A stretch of 63,646 nt of DNA, filler included, from Chrysochromulina tobinii (GCA_001275005.1; 8 parts of 8 records of this genome joined end to end with filler, not necessarily neighbours in it); one strand, 5' to 3'. Positions 36,010-48,075 are shown, numbered from the whole stretch's first letter. Made by a program: numbers and translations. The notes: generated from the letters alone by a model not told the origin.

Positions 36010-37476
36010 ATGCAGACGCGCTGCAACGTGCGCTGCACAGACGCCTTGTGCTCCGATGGCGCCGCACCGCTGTTGAATCCGCCCCTGCCGAGTCTGCGCT
36101 ATTTCATCCATGGCCACGGTGCCTTCAATTTCAGCGACGTGCTCTCCGCACTTCACGCTCGGACAGCGGGACAGCGTATGGACGTGGCGCTGCCCGTTGG
36201 TGAGGCGCAGTACCTGTCGGACATCCCAATCATGGCGGCCCTCGAGCGACATCCACTTCGCACATTCGATGCAAACGCGGCCGAGCTGCACGTCATTGGC
36301 GCGCTGCCATTTGCTTCTTACGTGCTGGCCCTCGTGAGCGGCGGAGAGGAGGCACATGGACGGCGAATGGGCGTGCTCGCAGCGGAGCTGGCGAAGCTGA
36401 CGCTCTTTGTCGAACGCGAGAGGCCCTTTCTGCTGCTGCATTGCTCGTGCTCCGCCAATGAACTGGGCGTGCCGCTCATGAATACCCTCGGGCGTGGCAA
36501 CCTGATAGTCGCCTCGTGTGATCCCTTCTTCGCACGTGATTTCGGCAAGCTGCCGCAGTCTTTCGCCCATGCCTACCGCCGTGGCGTGACAATCCCCTTT
36601 TATCCGCACTCCCTCGCGTACGATGACGGCGGACAAACCAAACGACAGGCGCCGCGCCAAACCTTCATCTTGGGCGATGGCATCGGCGATGGCCGCGCGT
36701 TGCTCAGCGCTCGCTCCGGCCTGATGTTCCACGGCGGTCTGGGGCGGTACGACCACGGGCTGCGTGACGCCATGCTGCTGCTGCTCGAGCGAGTCCGCCT
36801 GAACGGGAGCGTGCCCGTTGACACGCGGGCAGGCGAGATGACACGCGGGTCCAACCGGTCGGCATACAGCCGGGACTCATACGCACGTACGGCGCGGAGC
36901 TACCGGGCGGCATCGATGTGCATGGTGCCCTCGGGTGATGTGCCCTCCTCGCGGCGGCTCTTCGACGTCATGTCTGCCGGCTGCGTCCCCGTGCTTGTGC
37001 GCTCGTATTACCGGATGACCTCCGATCGCCACAGCTTCACCACCTCGCTGCCATTCCCGCTTTCCATCGACTGGCGAGCGACGTCGCTCTGGCTGGGGCC
37101 GATCGTGCGCGGCAAGAACCGCGAGGCATGCATGGAAGAGACGAAGAACTGGTTGCTCCGGTGGCACTCGGAAGGAGCGGAAGCGCTCGAGACGACGCGT
37201 CGGAACGCGCGCGCCGTCTTCGGTGCGTACCTCGACTCCGATCGCAATCCCGAGGGCATTGTGTGGGGGTTACTGCGCGAGATCGAGCACCGCTCCAAGA
37301 ATTGCGACCTCACGATGACCCGACCCAAGAGCCCCTACTTGAAGAACAACACGGTCGACGACCCAACCTTGTGCCCATACAATGATGCGGCCTCGGTGCG
37401 ACGACACCCGGGTTTTAGTGATCGTCCAGCATCGAAAAGGATTTATGTAGCACCCGGGACGGGTAGTAGGTGGTGA
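36010..37476 (+). CDS. Exostosin-family glycosyltransferase (GT47); start uncertain
   Basis: HPLRTFDANAAELHVI..TIPF..LMFHGG..MCMVPSGDVPSSRRLFDVMSAGCVPV..LPFPLSIDW. Confidence 0.88.
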   Translation: MQTRCNVRCTDALCSDGAAPLLNPPLPSLRYFIHGHGAFNFSDVLSALHARTAGQRMDVALPVGEAQYLSDIPIMAALERHPLRTFDANAAELHVIGALPFASYVLALVSGGEEAHGRRMGVLAAELAKLTLFVERERPFLLLHCSCSANELGVPLMNTLGRGNLIVASCDPFFARDFGKLPQSFAHAYRRGVTIPFYPHSLAYDDGGQTKRQAPRQTFILGDGIGDGRALLSARSGLMFHGGLGRYDHGLRDAMLLLLERVRLNGSVPVDTRAGEMTRGSNRSAYSRDSYARTARSYRAASMCMVPSGDVPSSRRLFDVMSAGCVPVLVRSYYRMTSDRHSFTTSLPFPLSIDWRATSLWLGPIVRGKNREACMEETKNWLLRWHSEGAEALETTRRNARAVFGAYLDSDRNPEGIVWGLLREIEHRSKNCDLTMTRPKSPYLKNNTVDDPTLCPYNDAASVRRHPGFSDRPASKRIYVAPGTGSRW

Positions 37477-37564
37477 GTGAGAGGCTATCGAGGCTTCGTT
37501 GGCATGCATCGGCCATCGCGAAATAGTTACCCCCAAACCGACCAAAACTCGAAGCGCTAAAGTC

Positions 37565-40500
37565 ATGACAGACAACACGCCGACGCCGTCGGCTGCCGCT
37601 TCTGCGGCAGCGTCTCGCATGGCTGGACAGCCGCGGAAGCTTTCGCATCCCACGCTAAAGGTGAAGCCGCCAGCCGCAGATTGTGGGTCCGATGTGATGG
37701 TCACAAGCGCACGACGCTCGCAGCAGCAGCAGCACAGCATGCGCTCCGTGTCGTCGCAACCAGGAGGCATGCCCAGCTTCCGATCCGGTGCTTCATCGGA
37801 GCGCTCCCGACGCCGACCGCCAGCGCCATCGCCAGCCCCCGCGCCGCCCGCTCCCAGGACGCAGCGACCGCCAGTTCTCATGCCGTCGTCGGCCTCCGCA
37901 CCATCGGCAGCGCCTCGCATGGCTTGGCAGCCGCAGAAGGGGGCGGCGCATCCAACGCTGATGGTGAAGCAGCCACCAGCTGACTTTGGGCTCGACGGGG
38001 TGATGACCAGCACACGACAGAACTCGCAGCAGCAGCCTAGCATGCGCTCCGTGTCGTCGCAGCCGGTTTCGGGCACGCCCAGCTTCCGAGCAGGCGCTTC
38101 GTCGGAGCGCTTGCGACGCCGACCGCACGAGACCAGAGCCGTTGCATCGCAGAGTACCATCGAAGGCCTCGACGCTGTCGTCAATGCTCGTCAACTCGTC
38201 AGCTTCACCATCGTGGCTCGAGATGCCTTCGACTCCCCCCTGTCGTCCGGTGGCGACCCCTTCGTCGTGGGCGTGCGTGGGCCGTCGCATGCGCATGCAC
38301 GCGTGACCGACACAGGTGATGGCCGATACGCGGTCGAGTTCAAGCTGTCGACCTCGGGCACGTACTCGGTGTGCGTGAGCCTACACGGTGCGAAGGTTGC
38401 TGGCTCGCCGATCGCACTCCTCGTGCAGCGACCACAGCCGAGCGCGCCCCACTGCGTGCTGCTATCTGTGCAGGCGCAGGCGAGCTGCATGCCACCAGTG
38501 CAGGCTCAGGCGCAGGCGAGCTCATATGCGCACATGCACGCGTCGGGCGCCAAGCCCGGTGCACACCTCGTCGTGCAGGCGCGCGAACCCACCCGATTGA
38601 CGATCGCGTTCCGCGACGCCTTCGGCCAACCCACTCACTCAGAGGAGGTCGACTGCTGGGTGGTCTGGGACCCGATTTGGGACGAGAGTGCCTCTGCCCC
38701 CGGAGGCGTTGGCGGAGCCGCCAGCATTTCAAGCAGTGGACCGTTGCCGACTGTAACGCCCGTCGCTCCGATGCTGCGCTCATGCTTCCAGCTACCACGC
38801 CCGACACCAAGCCAGCCGACGCGTGCCGCCCTGCGCATCCAGTCCATCTTTCGCGGCATCCTCTGCCGAAGGCATCAGGCCGCCATCTTGCGACTAGCCA
38901 AGCGCATTCAGGCATGCGCTCGAGGGCGCGCGGTGCGACGGACGCAGGCGCTCGCGCGACCAGCGCCCGTGACGGCGCCGACGCGCGGGCTGGTCGAGAT
39001 GGCGGAGGCCTTGAAGAAGGATCTTCCACAGATCCTTCCACAGAAAGAGAAGCGAACTGAGAAGCGTGCTCAACACAACGCTCGTGGCGGCGTGGGGCGA
39101 CGAACCCCTTCGGCCGAGAAGGCGACTAAGAAGGCGGCAGCTGACAAGGTGGCAGCAGAGAAGGCGGCAGCGGAGAAGGTGGCGGCTGAGAAGGCGTCGG
39201 CCGAGGAGGCGGAAAGGGTGGCCGCCGAGAAGGCGACAGCGGACAAGGTTGCAGCGGTTAAGGCAACACCAGCGCAGGGGGATGAGGCCGCGCTGCATGC
39301 GCGCTGTATGCGTGCTGCATGCGCAGAGGCGGCACAGCATACGAAATGGAGCGAGGCGTCGCTCGAGCACGGAGTGCTACTTCCGATTCGGCAGCCGCAG
39401 CAGACGGAGAGGGCCCCTCCGCAGCATAGCCCACAGCATAGCCCACAGCATAGCCCACAGGGCAGCGCAGGGCGACCGCAATCCCCTCAGAAACAGATCC
39501 CCTCGGGCCGCAATCATGCTTCCGAGGACAGCATAGCCGCCGGAACCAGTACGACTTCATGGGCGCCACTTTCGCCCAACAGCCATCGGCTCAGTAGCTC
39601 ACGCTACTGGTCCGGATCGCCACGCCGAGGCTTTGCCTTGCTGCGGCTCGGGGCGGCCGAGCGACAGCGCCATCGGCGACTCTGGGAGCGTCGGATGGGG
39701 AGTTTGCGGCCGTCGTCGCCGCCGCCGCGTCCGCCTGCCCAGACGGCGCCGATGCCCGAGACGGCGCCGTTGCCGCGGGCAGGAGCCGGAACAGCAGTTG
39801 CGAGCGAGCGCACTGGTGCTGCTGGCGCTGCTGCTGCTGCTGGCGCTGCTGCTGCCGCTGGCGTTGGCGCTGCTGAGTCGGGCGCTGCTGCTGGCGCTAC
39901 CGAGGGGAAGCAGAGAGGCGTGCCGGAGGAGACGATGCCATTCGAGCAGGCAGAGGAGAGCACTCAGAGGACGGCCGACGCAGCGGCGGCGACAACTGCT
40001 GAACGTGAGGAGTTGCTCTTCCTTCCCCTGAGCCCCAAGCCGCCAGGCGCGGGCCCCAGTCACGCTCACGAGCTCGAGGAGGACCCCGAGGGCATAGGCT
40101 TCGCCATCGGGTCGCTCTACCCAGGCACGCTGTACGCCAAGGGCCAAGTGCAGCCCGAGCACACGCTGCCCTTTTCGATAGGCCGCGCGGGCTCGTACAA
40201 GTTGTACGTGGGTCTACGTCATCAGGCAGCGCTGCTCCCAGGATGCCCATTCTCGCTACGTGTGCTTCCCGGCCTCCCGTCGGCACGCCACACGCACGTC
40301 GAGCTGCTCGAGGGCGAGATCGTCGTGAGCGAGGCGGGTAGCCTCTCGCGGAGCGTGCGGGTGGTCACGTGCGACGCGCTGGGCAACCGATGCGTGCGCG
40401 GCGGCGGAGCAGTCGTCGTGAGCAGCCCGGGTCCGGACGTGGAAACACAGCTCATCGACCGCGGCGATGGCACTTACACCTTTGCATGGCTCGCCACGCG

Positions 40501-42125
40501 CAGTGGCCGCCATCGGCTACATGTGAGCCTCGATAGCCTCGATGGCTGATTGCCACTTCTTGCCACTGATGACCTCTGATTGCCTCCCTCATCAGGTGAG
40601 CCTCGATGGCCTCGAGTGAGGAGGCCTTGCATGCAAGTGCTCACCACGGCGCGCCCCTTCCCCACAGGTGAGCCTCGATGGCCTCGAGGTACTCCGGTCA
40701 CCCGTGCACCTCCGTGTGAGTGCGGCGCCGCCCGACGTGGCGCGCTTCCAACTGACGGGCGAAGGGCTCCAGGCAGCCAACGCTGGCGAGCCCGTGCGTC
40801 TGTGCATACGCTGCTTCGACGCGTTTGGCAACCGGCTGCGGCCGCCGCACGGCTTGCCACTATCGCAGACGAACGCCGTGTTCGGCATCGCCATCGTCGA
40901 CAGCGGCAAGGGCAGCAGCGGCAGCGGCAGCAGCGGCAGCGGCAGCGGCAATAAGGGGCGAGCAGCAGCCAAGGCGAACGGTCTGACGAAGCTCCCGCGA
41001 GAGTCTCAAGAGCTCGTCAATCTGCCGGAGTTTCGTCAGGAGTTTCGTCAGGAGCAGCAGCAGCAGCAGCAGCAGCAGCTCGTTCCGCGCCAGCCGCACG
41101 TACCCCTGCGAGCAGGGCACTGCGGTGTCCTAGCCGGCCTCCGCCTCGGCTTCGACTCGATCATAGAGTCGATGCCCTTTGAGGGCAGTTGGCTTGAGGC
41201 GGACGAGTACAGCCTCGCATTGGTCGCCGAGCGCGCGGGAGATTTTGAGCTGCACGTGTGGGTCGAGCTCACGGGCCGGGGAGGTGGGCGCGCCGCACGC
41301 GAGCAGTTGCCAGGCTCGCCGCTCGCGCTGAACGTGCAGCCCTGCCGCCCTAGCGCGGCCACATCGATCATTTGCGCGCCCGAGCCGCTCAAGTCGGGAA
41401 CGCTCACGATGGCCGCGGGTCCCGCCGACATCAGCTTCCGTGTGCAGCTCCGCGACGAGTACGGGAACACGACCCCCGCTAATGAGAGAGCGCTGAAGGC
41501 ACTGGGCATCGTCGCGCACGCGCCCGACGCTGAGCGTCCTCTGTCGGTCACGCGCGTCTCGGACGCCCTCGGAGAGTGCTTGGTGTCCTACCAACCTGCT
41601 CTGTACCCGATGCTCGTGGGCGAATACCGGATCGCCATCATGCTCGGGCACGAGATCCTCGGCGAGTCGCCACTCGTCTTCGCGGTCACGCCTGGCCCAG
41701 CGGACGCCCCGAACTGCGTCATCAGCATGCCCAGCCGTGCGCCCATCTACGATCCGTACTCGAATAACCGACCCTTCAGTGCGACGCTGACGGCGTTCGA
41801 CCAGTTTGGAAACCGGCTGTGCAGGGGCGGTGCAAACGTCATGGCGCGCGTGCAGCAGGTGGAGAGAAACGGCGAGACGACGGGCGTTCCATTATCGGCG
41901 AATGTGGAGGACTGCAAGGACGGCGAATACCGCTTCACCTTCACCTGGCATCGTGTGAGCTTGGTGCTGCTGCAGGTGCGCATCGAGAACAGTGATCTCG
42001 AACCGCAGCACGTCGAATTCTTCGACCCACTCGCGCAGATGGCGCAGAGGGCGAGGGCCAAGTCACCGCCACCAGAGCAGGAGGAGAGCGACGGGGACGG
42101 TAGAGGCGAGGAATCAGAGGGTTGA
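37565..42125 (+). CDS. Filamin/ABP280 Ig-repeat protein with IQ motifs; intron 40523-40667
   Basis: FTIVARDAFD..GGDPFVV..DTGDGRYAVEF..GTYSVCVSLHGAKVAGSP and further copies; IQSIFRG and IQACARG motifs. Confidence 0.85.
40629..40667 (+). promoter_or_regulatory. Recurrent branch/acceptor cassette B, GCATGCAAGTGCTCACCACGGCGC-Yn-CCCCACAG (representative copy)
   Basis: Copies near 1455, 40629, 55244/55304/55364, 55847, 57397, 57923, 58922 (+) and 4240, 6305, 6944, 7455, 7530 (-). Confidence 0.85.
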
Positions 42126-42258
42126 CTTAAAGCGAGGTGGGAAGCGCCTGGCGCGCGCCGATAATAACCAAGGTAAAAGAGTTCATGTATGTACAGCCCA
42201 ACGCGCTTTATACGCGCTTATACGTTTGACTGTCTTCATGCATGTGCTCGAGACACCG

Positions 42259-42900
42259 TCAAACTTGCGGGGCTTTCTTCGAGGGCTTTCTTGAAAGGTG
42301 CCTCGCTGGCGGCGGCATCCGGGGAGAGCAACGAGTAGGCGACGACCGGCGGGCAGCGCAAGACAGGGTTGTACGGCATGCGTAGCTCCTCATTTTCAGC
42401 TCCCGAGCCTGCAGCACGCGAGATATGAGCGGCAGCGCAGATGGGGTGAGAGCTGCGTACGTAGCTGGTAGCTGGGAGGAGGCTGGTGCCCGACTTCGAG
42501 GGCTATGGCAATTACTGCGCATGTATGCGTTTCGGATCTTTTGGTGCAACGGCATCTGCCCATTCGACGATTCCTCCGCTGAGAGATCAGGGAAGTGCTC
42601 CATGAACTGGTCGCAGGCGGCGCGATGATGCTCCCATCGCTCCTTGTGCACCAGCTGGTGCATCTCCTCAAGCTCCGCCTCGGACTCCGATGCGAGCTTC
42701 CTCATGGCAGTGATCATTGCATCGGCGCTCTCGTCAGGCCCCTTTGAACGCCGTTCGCGAATGCGCTCCCGAACCTGTCGGTCCCGGATGCGCTGCTCCT
42801 GCACGGCCGTGTCGCAGATCACCTTGTTCAGCACTTCGCGATACTTGTCATGAAGCGCCGAAGGGGGCGCCTTCTCCGCGCGGTACTTGCCGATGTCCAT
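42259..42900 (-). CDS. Hypothetical helical protein, probably an internal or last exon
   Basis: 213-aa ORF with a charged helical N-half, preceded by ctaac..tag acceptor; upstream gtaagt donor near 43030. Confidence 0.45.
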   Translation of the reverse strand: MDIGKYRAEKAPPSALHDKYREVLNKVICDTAVQEQRIRDRQVRERIRERRSKGPDESADAMITAMRKLASESEAELEEMHQLVHKERWEHHRAACDQFMEHFPDLSAEESSNGQMPLHQKIRNAYMRSNCHSPRSRAPASSQLPATYAALTPSALPLISRVLQARELKMRSYACRTTLSCAARRSSPTRCSPRMPPPARHLSRKPSKKAPQV

Positions 42901-43249
42901 CTAGATGTTAGAGATTAGAAGCGCCAACAAGGGCCTTGGTAACCGAAGGCGCGGGTGCCGATACCCCAGGCTGTGCCGACCTCCAGGCGGGCGAGGCGTG
43001 ATACATGCGAAAAACGAGTCGCAAACTTACCTTGTGTGTCGATTCAACTGACCCTTTCTCAAACTTGACGCAACAGGAAAGCAATTTGCATGCATGAGAA
43101 TTTGCCTACAATCCTCAAATCAACGCGAAAGGTCTCAGCTCCACAAAAGCCGCATCCCGCCGGCGCATCTTGCTCACGTCGATCTGTTGCGCCTGCCGCC
43201 CTTGACGTTCTTGTTCGCCCCTGAAGACAACCAATCTAGCGCTATCGCG

Positions 43250-43970
43250 CTAGAACCCACCGTCTTCTCTGTACTTCTCCCTTGAGGTGTCAACGGACGC
43301 CGCGTCGAACACGAAACTCGAGAGACGGCGGTCAAGGCGGTCCGACGGTAGCGGGGTTGGCGATGGGGATGGCGGCGGTGGCGAGAGGATTGCTGTGCAG
43401 CACGAGAAGCCGCTGCATCCCCTCGCGCCGAAGCCACAGGCGGCTCCGTCCGAGGCTTGGCCGAGCCTGCAGCAGGCACCCTGAGCGCCACAAAACGTTG
43501 GGCAAGGGCCGGCACGTCCGCACGCTGTCCAGCAGCGGAGACCCACGTTCCGCAATGAGGGTTGGGGCGGTGAGGGCGAGGGGGGCGGCGGAGAAGGCGA
43601 TGGCGGTGTGAGTAACGAGGGGGCAAGTTCGAGGACGCTCAATGCCAGCGGCGGTGGCGAGAGGATTGCTGTGCAGCACGAGAAGCCGCTGCATCCCCTC
43701 GCGCCGAAGCCACAGGCGGCTCCGTCCGAGGCTTGGCCCAGCCTGCAGCAGGCACCCTGAACGCCACAAAACGTTGGGCAAGGGCCTGCACGTCTGCAAG
43801 CTGTCCAGCAGCGGAGACCCACGTTCCGCAATGAGGGTTGGGGCGGTGAGGGCGAGGGTGGCGGCGGAGAAGGCGATGGCGGTGTGAGTAACGAGGGGGC
43901 GAGTTCGAGGACGCTCAATGCCGGCGGCGGTGGCGAGAGGATTGCTGTGCAGCACGAGAAGCCGCTGCAT
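43250..43970 (-). CDS. Cys-rich repeat protein with SPPPP linkers (5'-partial); 276-bp units
   Basis: LRNVGLRCWTACxRAGPCPTFCGxQGACCRLG..CGFGARGCSGFSCC twice plus a partial third; anchors at 43381, 43657 and 43933. Confidence 0.75.
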
Positions 43971-44070
43971 NNNNNNNNNNNNNNNNNNNNNNNNNNNNNN
44001 NNNNNNNNNNNNNNTTAATTAATTAANNNNNNNNNNNNNNNNNNNNNNNNNNNNNNNNNNNNNNNNNNNN

Positions 44071-45967
44071 CGCCATCATGCCGTACGGCATCATGCCCAT
44101 CCCCATCCCCATACCCGGCTGCGGCTGCATCATGCCCATCCCCATCCACCTCTGAGCGATCAAGACCTTGTTCTCGGCGTTGACCGCGAGGTTCTCTAGC
44201 GCACCCGCCGCGTTCTTCTTTTGGTCATCCGTGCCGCTCTGCACCAGCGTCACGAGCGGCGCGACGGCGCCAGCCTGCGCGATCAAGACCTGGTTCTCGG
44301 CGTTGTTGAACGCGAGGCTCCACAGCGCAACCGCCGCGTGCTCCTTTTGGCCATCTGTGCCGCTCTGCACCAGCGTCACGAGCGGCGCGATGGCGCCAGC
44401 CTGCGCGATCAAGACCTTGTTCTCGGCGTTGAACGCGAGCCACCGCAGCGCAGCCGCCGCCTGCTCCTTTTGGCCAGCCGTGCCGCTCTGCACCAGCGTC
44501 ACGAGCGGCGCGATGGCGCCCGCCTGCGCGATCAAGACCTGGTTCTCGGCGTTGCACGCAAGGTTCCCCAGTGCACGCGCCGCGTGCTCCTTCTGGCCAT
44601 CCGTGCCGCTCTGCACCAGCGTCACGAGCGGCACGATGGCGCCAGCCTGCGCGATCAAGACCTGGTTCTCGGCGTTGTTAGCCGCGAGGTTCGCCAGCGC
44701 AACCGCCAAACCCTCGCGCTCCATGACCGCTTGGAACGCGCCTTGCACGGTCACGTCGAGCGCCTTGATCTTGGGCAGCTGGCCTTCCTTGTCGCTCTGG
44801 TTGGTCACCGTCACGTCCGGCTTGGAGAGGAAGTCGAAGGCCTGCTGAGGCGTCTTGGTGGCCCACTGCTCGGTGAGCACCTTGGCGAACGTATCGGCCT
44901 GAGCGGCGGCGTTCTGGATGCACACGATGTGGTAGCGCGCGTTTTCCGTGCCAACCGCCGACTTGAGGCCGTTAGGCGTCGCAAACTGCATGCTCAGCCA
45001 CGCCTCGAACTGCGTCCAGAAGCGGGACAAATACGAGAGGTCGAAGAGGATGAGGACGGTCGTGCCGAGGTAGAGCATGTTGACCTGCGCGCAAGTTAAC
45101 GGGGGAGAGAAAGGGCGGGGTGTAGCTGAGTGGTGGGGAAAGGTGGCGAAAAAACAAAAGGGCGGTGCCCGAGGCAAAGCGCGGCACAGACCTGCGACAG
45201 CATGGTCTTGAAATCGGCCGTGTCCTCGTCGCTGCGAATGAGGCCGATGGTAGGCTGGTGCTGTGGCATTGACCCGCCGTCGATCCACACGAGCTCGATC
45301 CGCTTGCCAGCCGACGAAACGAGAAAGGCCTTGATGGCCTTGAGCTGTTCGCCGTCGGGGTCGGGCTGAGTAGGGACCATCCAGCGATGGGAGATGGACA
45401 GAATCTTCTCGACATGTGTCCCGCGGACCACCTCTTCATAGCTGATGGTCACCTCGACGAAAGCACTCGGGTGCTTCGCGCGCAGCTCCTGGAAAAAGGG
45501 CAGGTTCGTGCCGGTGAAGGTGCGCAGGAAGTCCGCCTTGATCATCCAGAACCTACACGAGACAGGGCCTGCTGGCGCTTGAACAGCGCTCGGTGATCGG
45601 GATGGTGCGGCCTGTGCCAGTGCAGCACTGGGATGTAGATCAGGGGGGCTCGCCGGGTGCTGCGGCGTGGGCTTGGAGGCAGCGGCATTCCCCGTCGTCG
45701 CACCCTCGCGCTCCATGACGGCTGGCGGATACTCGTCGTCGTTGGGGGGCGCTTGCGCCTCGTTTTGCCCCCGAGCGGTCTGGCTGCTCGACGGTGCAAC
45801 GGGAACGATTTCGAGACGTCAAGGCCGAGGCTCGCCAGCTTCATCTTTTCTTGATCGCCCACTTTGACGAGGAAAGCCGACCGCTCATCTGCCGATGCAC
45901 CTTCGTACGCGGCCTTGATGTCCGCGTCTGGGCTCTCGACGGACAAAGCCGAGGCGCCCGCGCCCAT
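44071..45967 (-). CDS. N-myristoylated HET-like domain + armadillo repeat protein; intron 45191-45085; frameshift near 45810; 3'-truncated
   Basis: MGAGAS start; ILSISHRW..PDPDGEQL..VWIDGGSMPQ..MLSQ|VNMLY..YLSRFWTQFE; ARM units NAENQVLIAQAGAIAPLVTLVQSGTDGQKEHAAxAL. Confidence 0.8.
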
Positions 45968-46289
45968 CGAAAAGAAACTGCTGTCCTCGTTGTTCAGTGT
46001 GGAACTGCAGACGGGTGAGGAAAACCGCGGCGACATGAACGTTGCTTCCCCTAAATTGGCATGCAAGTGCTCGTTTTTTTCATTCGTCAAGTTGCACGTT
46101 TACCCCTATCGGAGAAGCCTATTCACAGACAACGCTTGACAGCGCGTGGTCGCACGTGATCGATGTGGGCAGCGAAAGCACACCGTTCACGAACCGCGTC
46201 AGTCGGACCTCGTCCCTGAAGAAGATCCACTTAACGCACAGTCGTCACGTACAGCGTCAGCGGGGGCCCTACCTGTTGAAAGATCCAAT

Positions 46290-47688
46290 TTAGGCAAGAG
46301 CAGGCGCCATCAACTCGTCGGAGACCAAGCCTTTCAGAGGCTGCTTCTTATGCAGCCGCTCGACGTTCTCGACAAAGTACCTGCGCCGCACACACATCAT
46401 TACACGGTGGCACCCATCATTACACGGTGGCACCCCAGTGGCAATCAGTGCCACTCCGTGGCGCTCAGCGGCACTCAGAGGCACCCAGTGGCTATCAGCC
46501 GGCGCCCCTCTCGCGCCACTCAGCGCCAAACCGCACCTTGAGTGGCAATCAGTGGCAATCAGTGGCAATCAATGGCAATCAGTGGCAATCAGTGGCAATC
46601 AGTGGCAATCAGTGGCAATCAGTGGCAATCAGTGCCAATCAGTGGCAATCAGTGGCAATCAGTGGCAATCAGTGCCAATCAGTGCCAATCAGTGGCACTC
46701 AGTGCCAATCAGTGCCAATCAGTGCCAATCAGTGGCCATCCAAACCACACCTGTGATTATCCTTGAGTGCCTCATCGGTCCTCCAAGAGTCATGCGGCGT
46801 GATGATGACATTCTCCATCGCCCACAGCGCCGAGTCGGGCGGCAACGGCTCCGTCGCAAAGACGTCGAGCACAGCACCTGCCACGCCGGCCGAGCCGAGC
46901 GCCGAGATGAGCGCCGTCTCGTCGACCACCGCGCCCCTGGCGACGTTGATCAGCCACGCGCTTGGCTTCATCATCCTCAGCCGCTCGGCGTTCAGCAGGC
47001 CGGTCGTGGCCGCCGTCTTGGGCACCGCCACCACCACAAAATCCGAAGTCGAGAGGACAGCGGCGAGGCCATCGTCGCCGCTGAGAACCTCGTCGAAGTT
47101 GAGTGCCGGCGCCGCCTGTCGACGCCATCCGAGGACGCGCATCCCAAACGCTTTACTCAACCTCGCCACCTCGGTGCCTATGCCTCCTGCGCCGATGACG
47201 CCGACCGTGCACGTGCGCGCATCGCGCTGGAGGAGGCTCGTGTACGAGCGGCTCGCCTGGTTGGCGGCGTGCGCCGGCCCCATCCGGCAGATGGAGAGTA
47301 TGTGGCCCAGGCAGTACTGCGCGATCGGGACTGCGTACACGCCGGGACAGTGCGTGATCGTCACGTTGGCCTCGTGGCAAGCCTTCATCAGCGGAAAGAA
47401 GAGTGGGACGTCGAGACCGGAGGCGCACATGTGCACCCACGCCACACGGCCCGCGCGCACAAGGCCGGCGAGGACGTCGTACAGCTCCGCGAGCGCCTTG
47501 GCACCGGACTCGAAGTAGAGCTTGAACGACTCGGGCGTGATCATCGCGCCGTCCCACGTGGCGTCGTCGGCCGCATCGAAGGTACCATCGAACTGTAGGG
47601 TGGTTACGCTCGCAGGGATCGCGGCCAGCTCCGATGCCCAGTTCTGCGCAATGGGCGGCGTGCACAGAAGCCGCAGGTCCTCGGCCAT
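46290..47688 (-). CDS. D-isomer-specific 2-hydroxyacid dehydrogenase; exons 47688-46751, 46380-46290
   Basis: VGVIGAGGIGTEVAR, MKPSAWLINVARGAVVDE, GAVLDVFATEPLP, VIITPH. Confidence 0.93.
46541..46740 (-). repeat. Intronic decamer array (CTGATTGCCA)n, about 20 copies
   Basis: agtggcaatc/agtgccaatc tandem on + strand. Confidence 0.95.
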
Positions 47689-48075
47689 GTGCCGTCGGAG
47701 AGTCTCGTCAAGTGCCTGAGACAGCGCGATTTTTGAGACAGCGCGGCGGCGGCGGGGCGGCGGAGCGCGCGCTGATGACCGATGCCCCAATGGTGCACCT
47801 CCGAGGTATTAAATTGGGTATTAAACCGTAGAATACTCGCGCAACGTAAGAGTACGAGTTTCAGTTTGTGCGGGCACCAGCCCCGCGTGCCAAACGCCCC
47901 GGGCGGCTGTATCGTTGGGCTGCTCGTCTGGTTATGTATACATGTACACACGCGTCGGTACACCATGGTACGCGGGCCCCCCGCACCGCCCCAGTGTTTT
48001 TGCATTGCGTTGAGGGCGGCGCGTGCGACCAATGCAGTCGCCGCCGCCATCTGCCCGGCTGTGCGCCGCGCAGGC

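Noticed and set aside
46541..46740. Short-unit arrays as CRISPR or telomeric repeats
   Set aside because: No unique spacers, no cas genes, intronic location, and units differ between loci.
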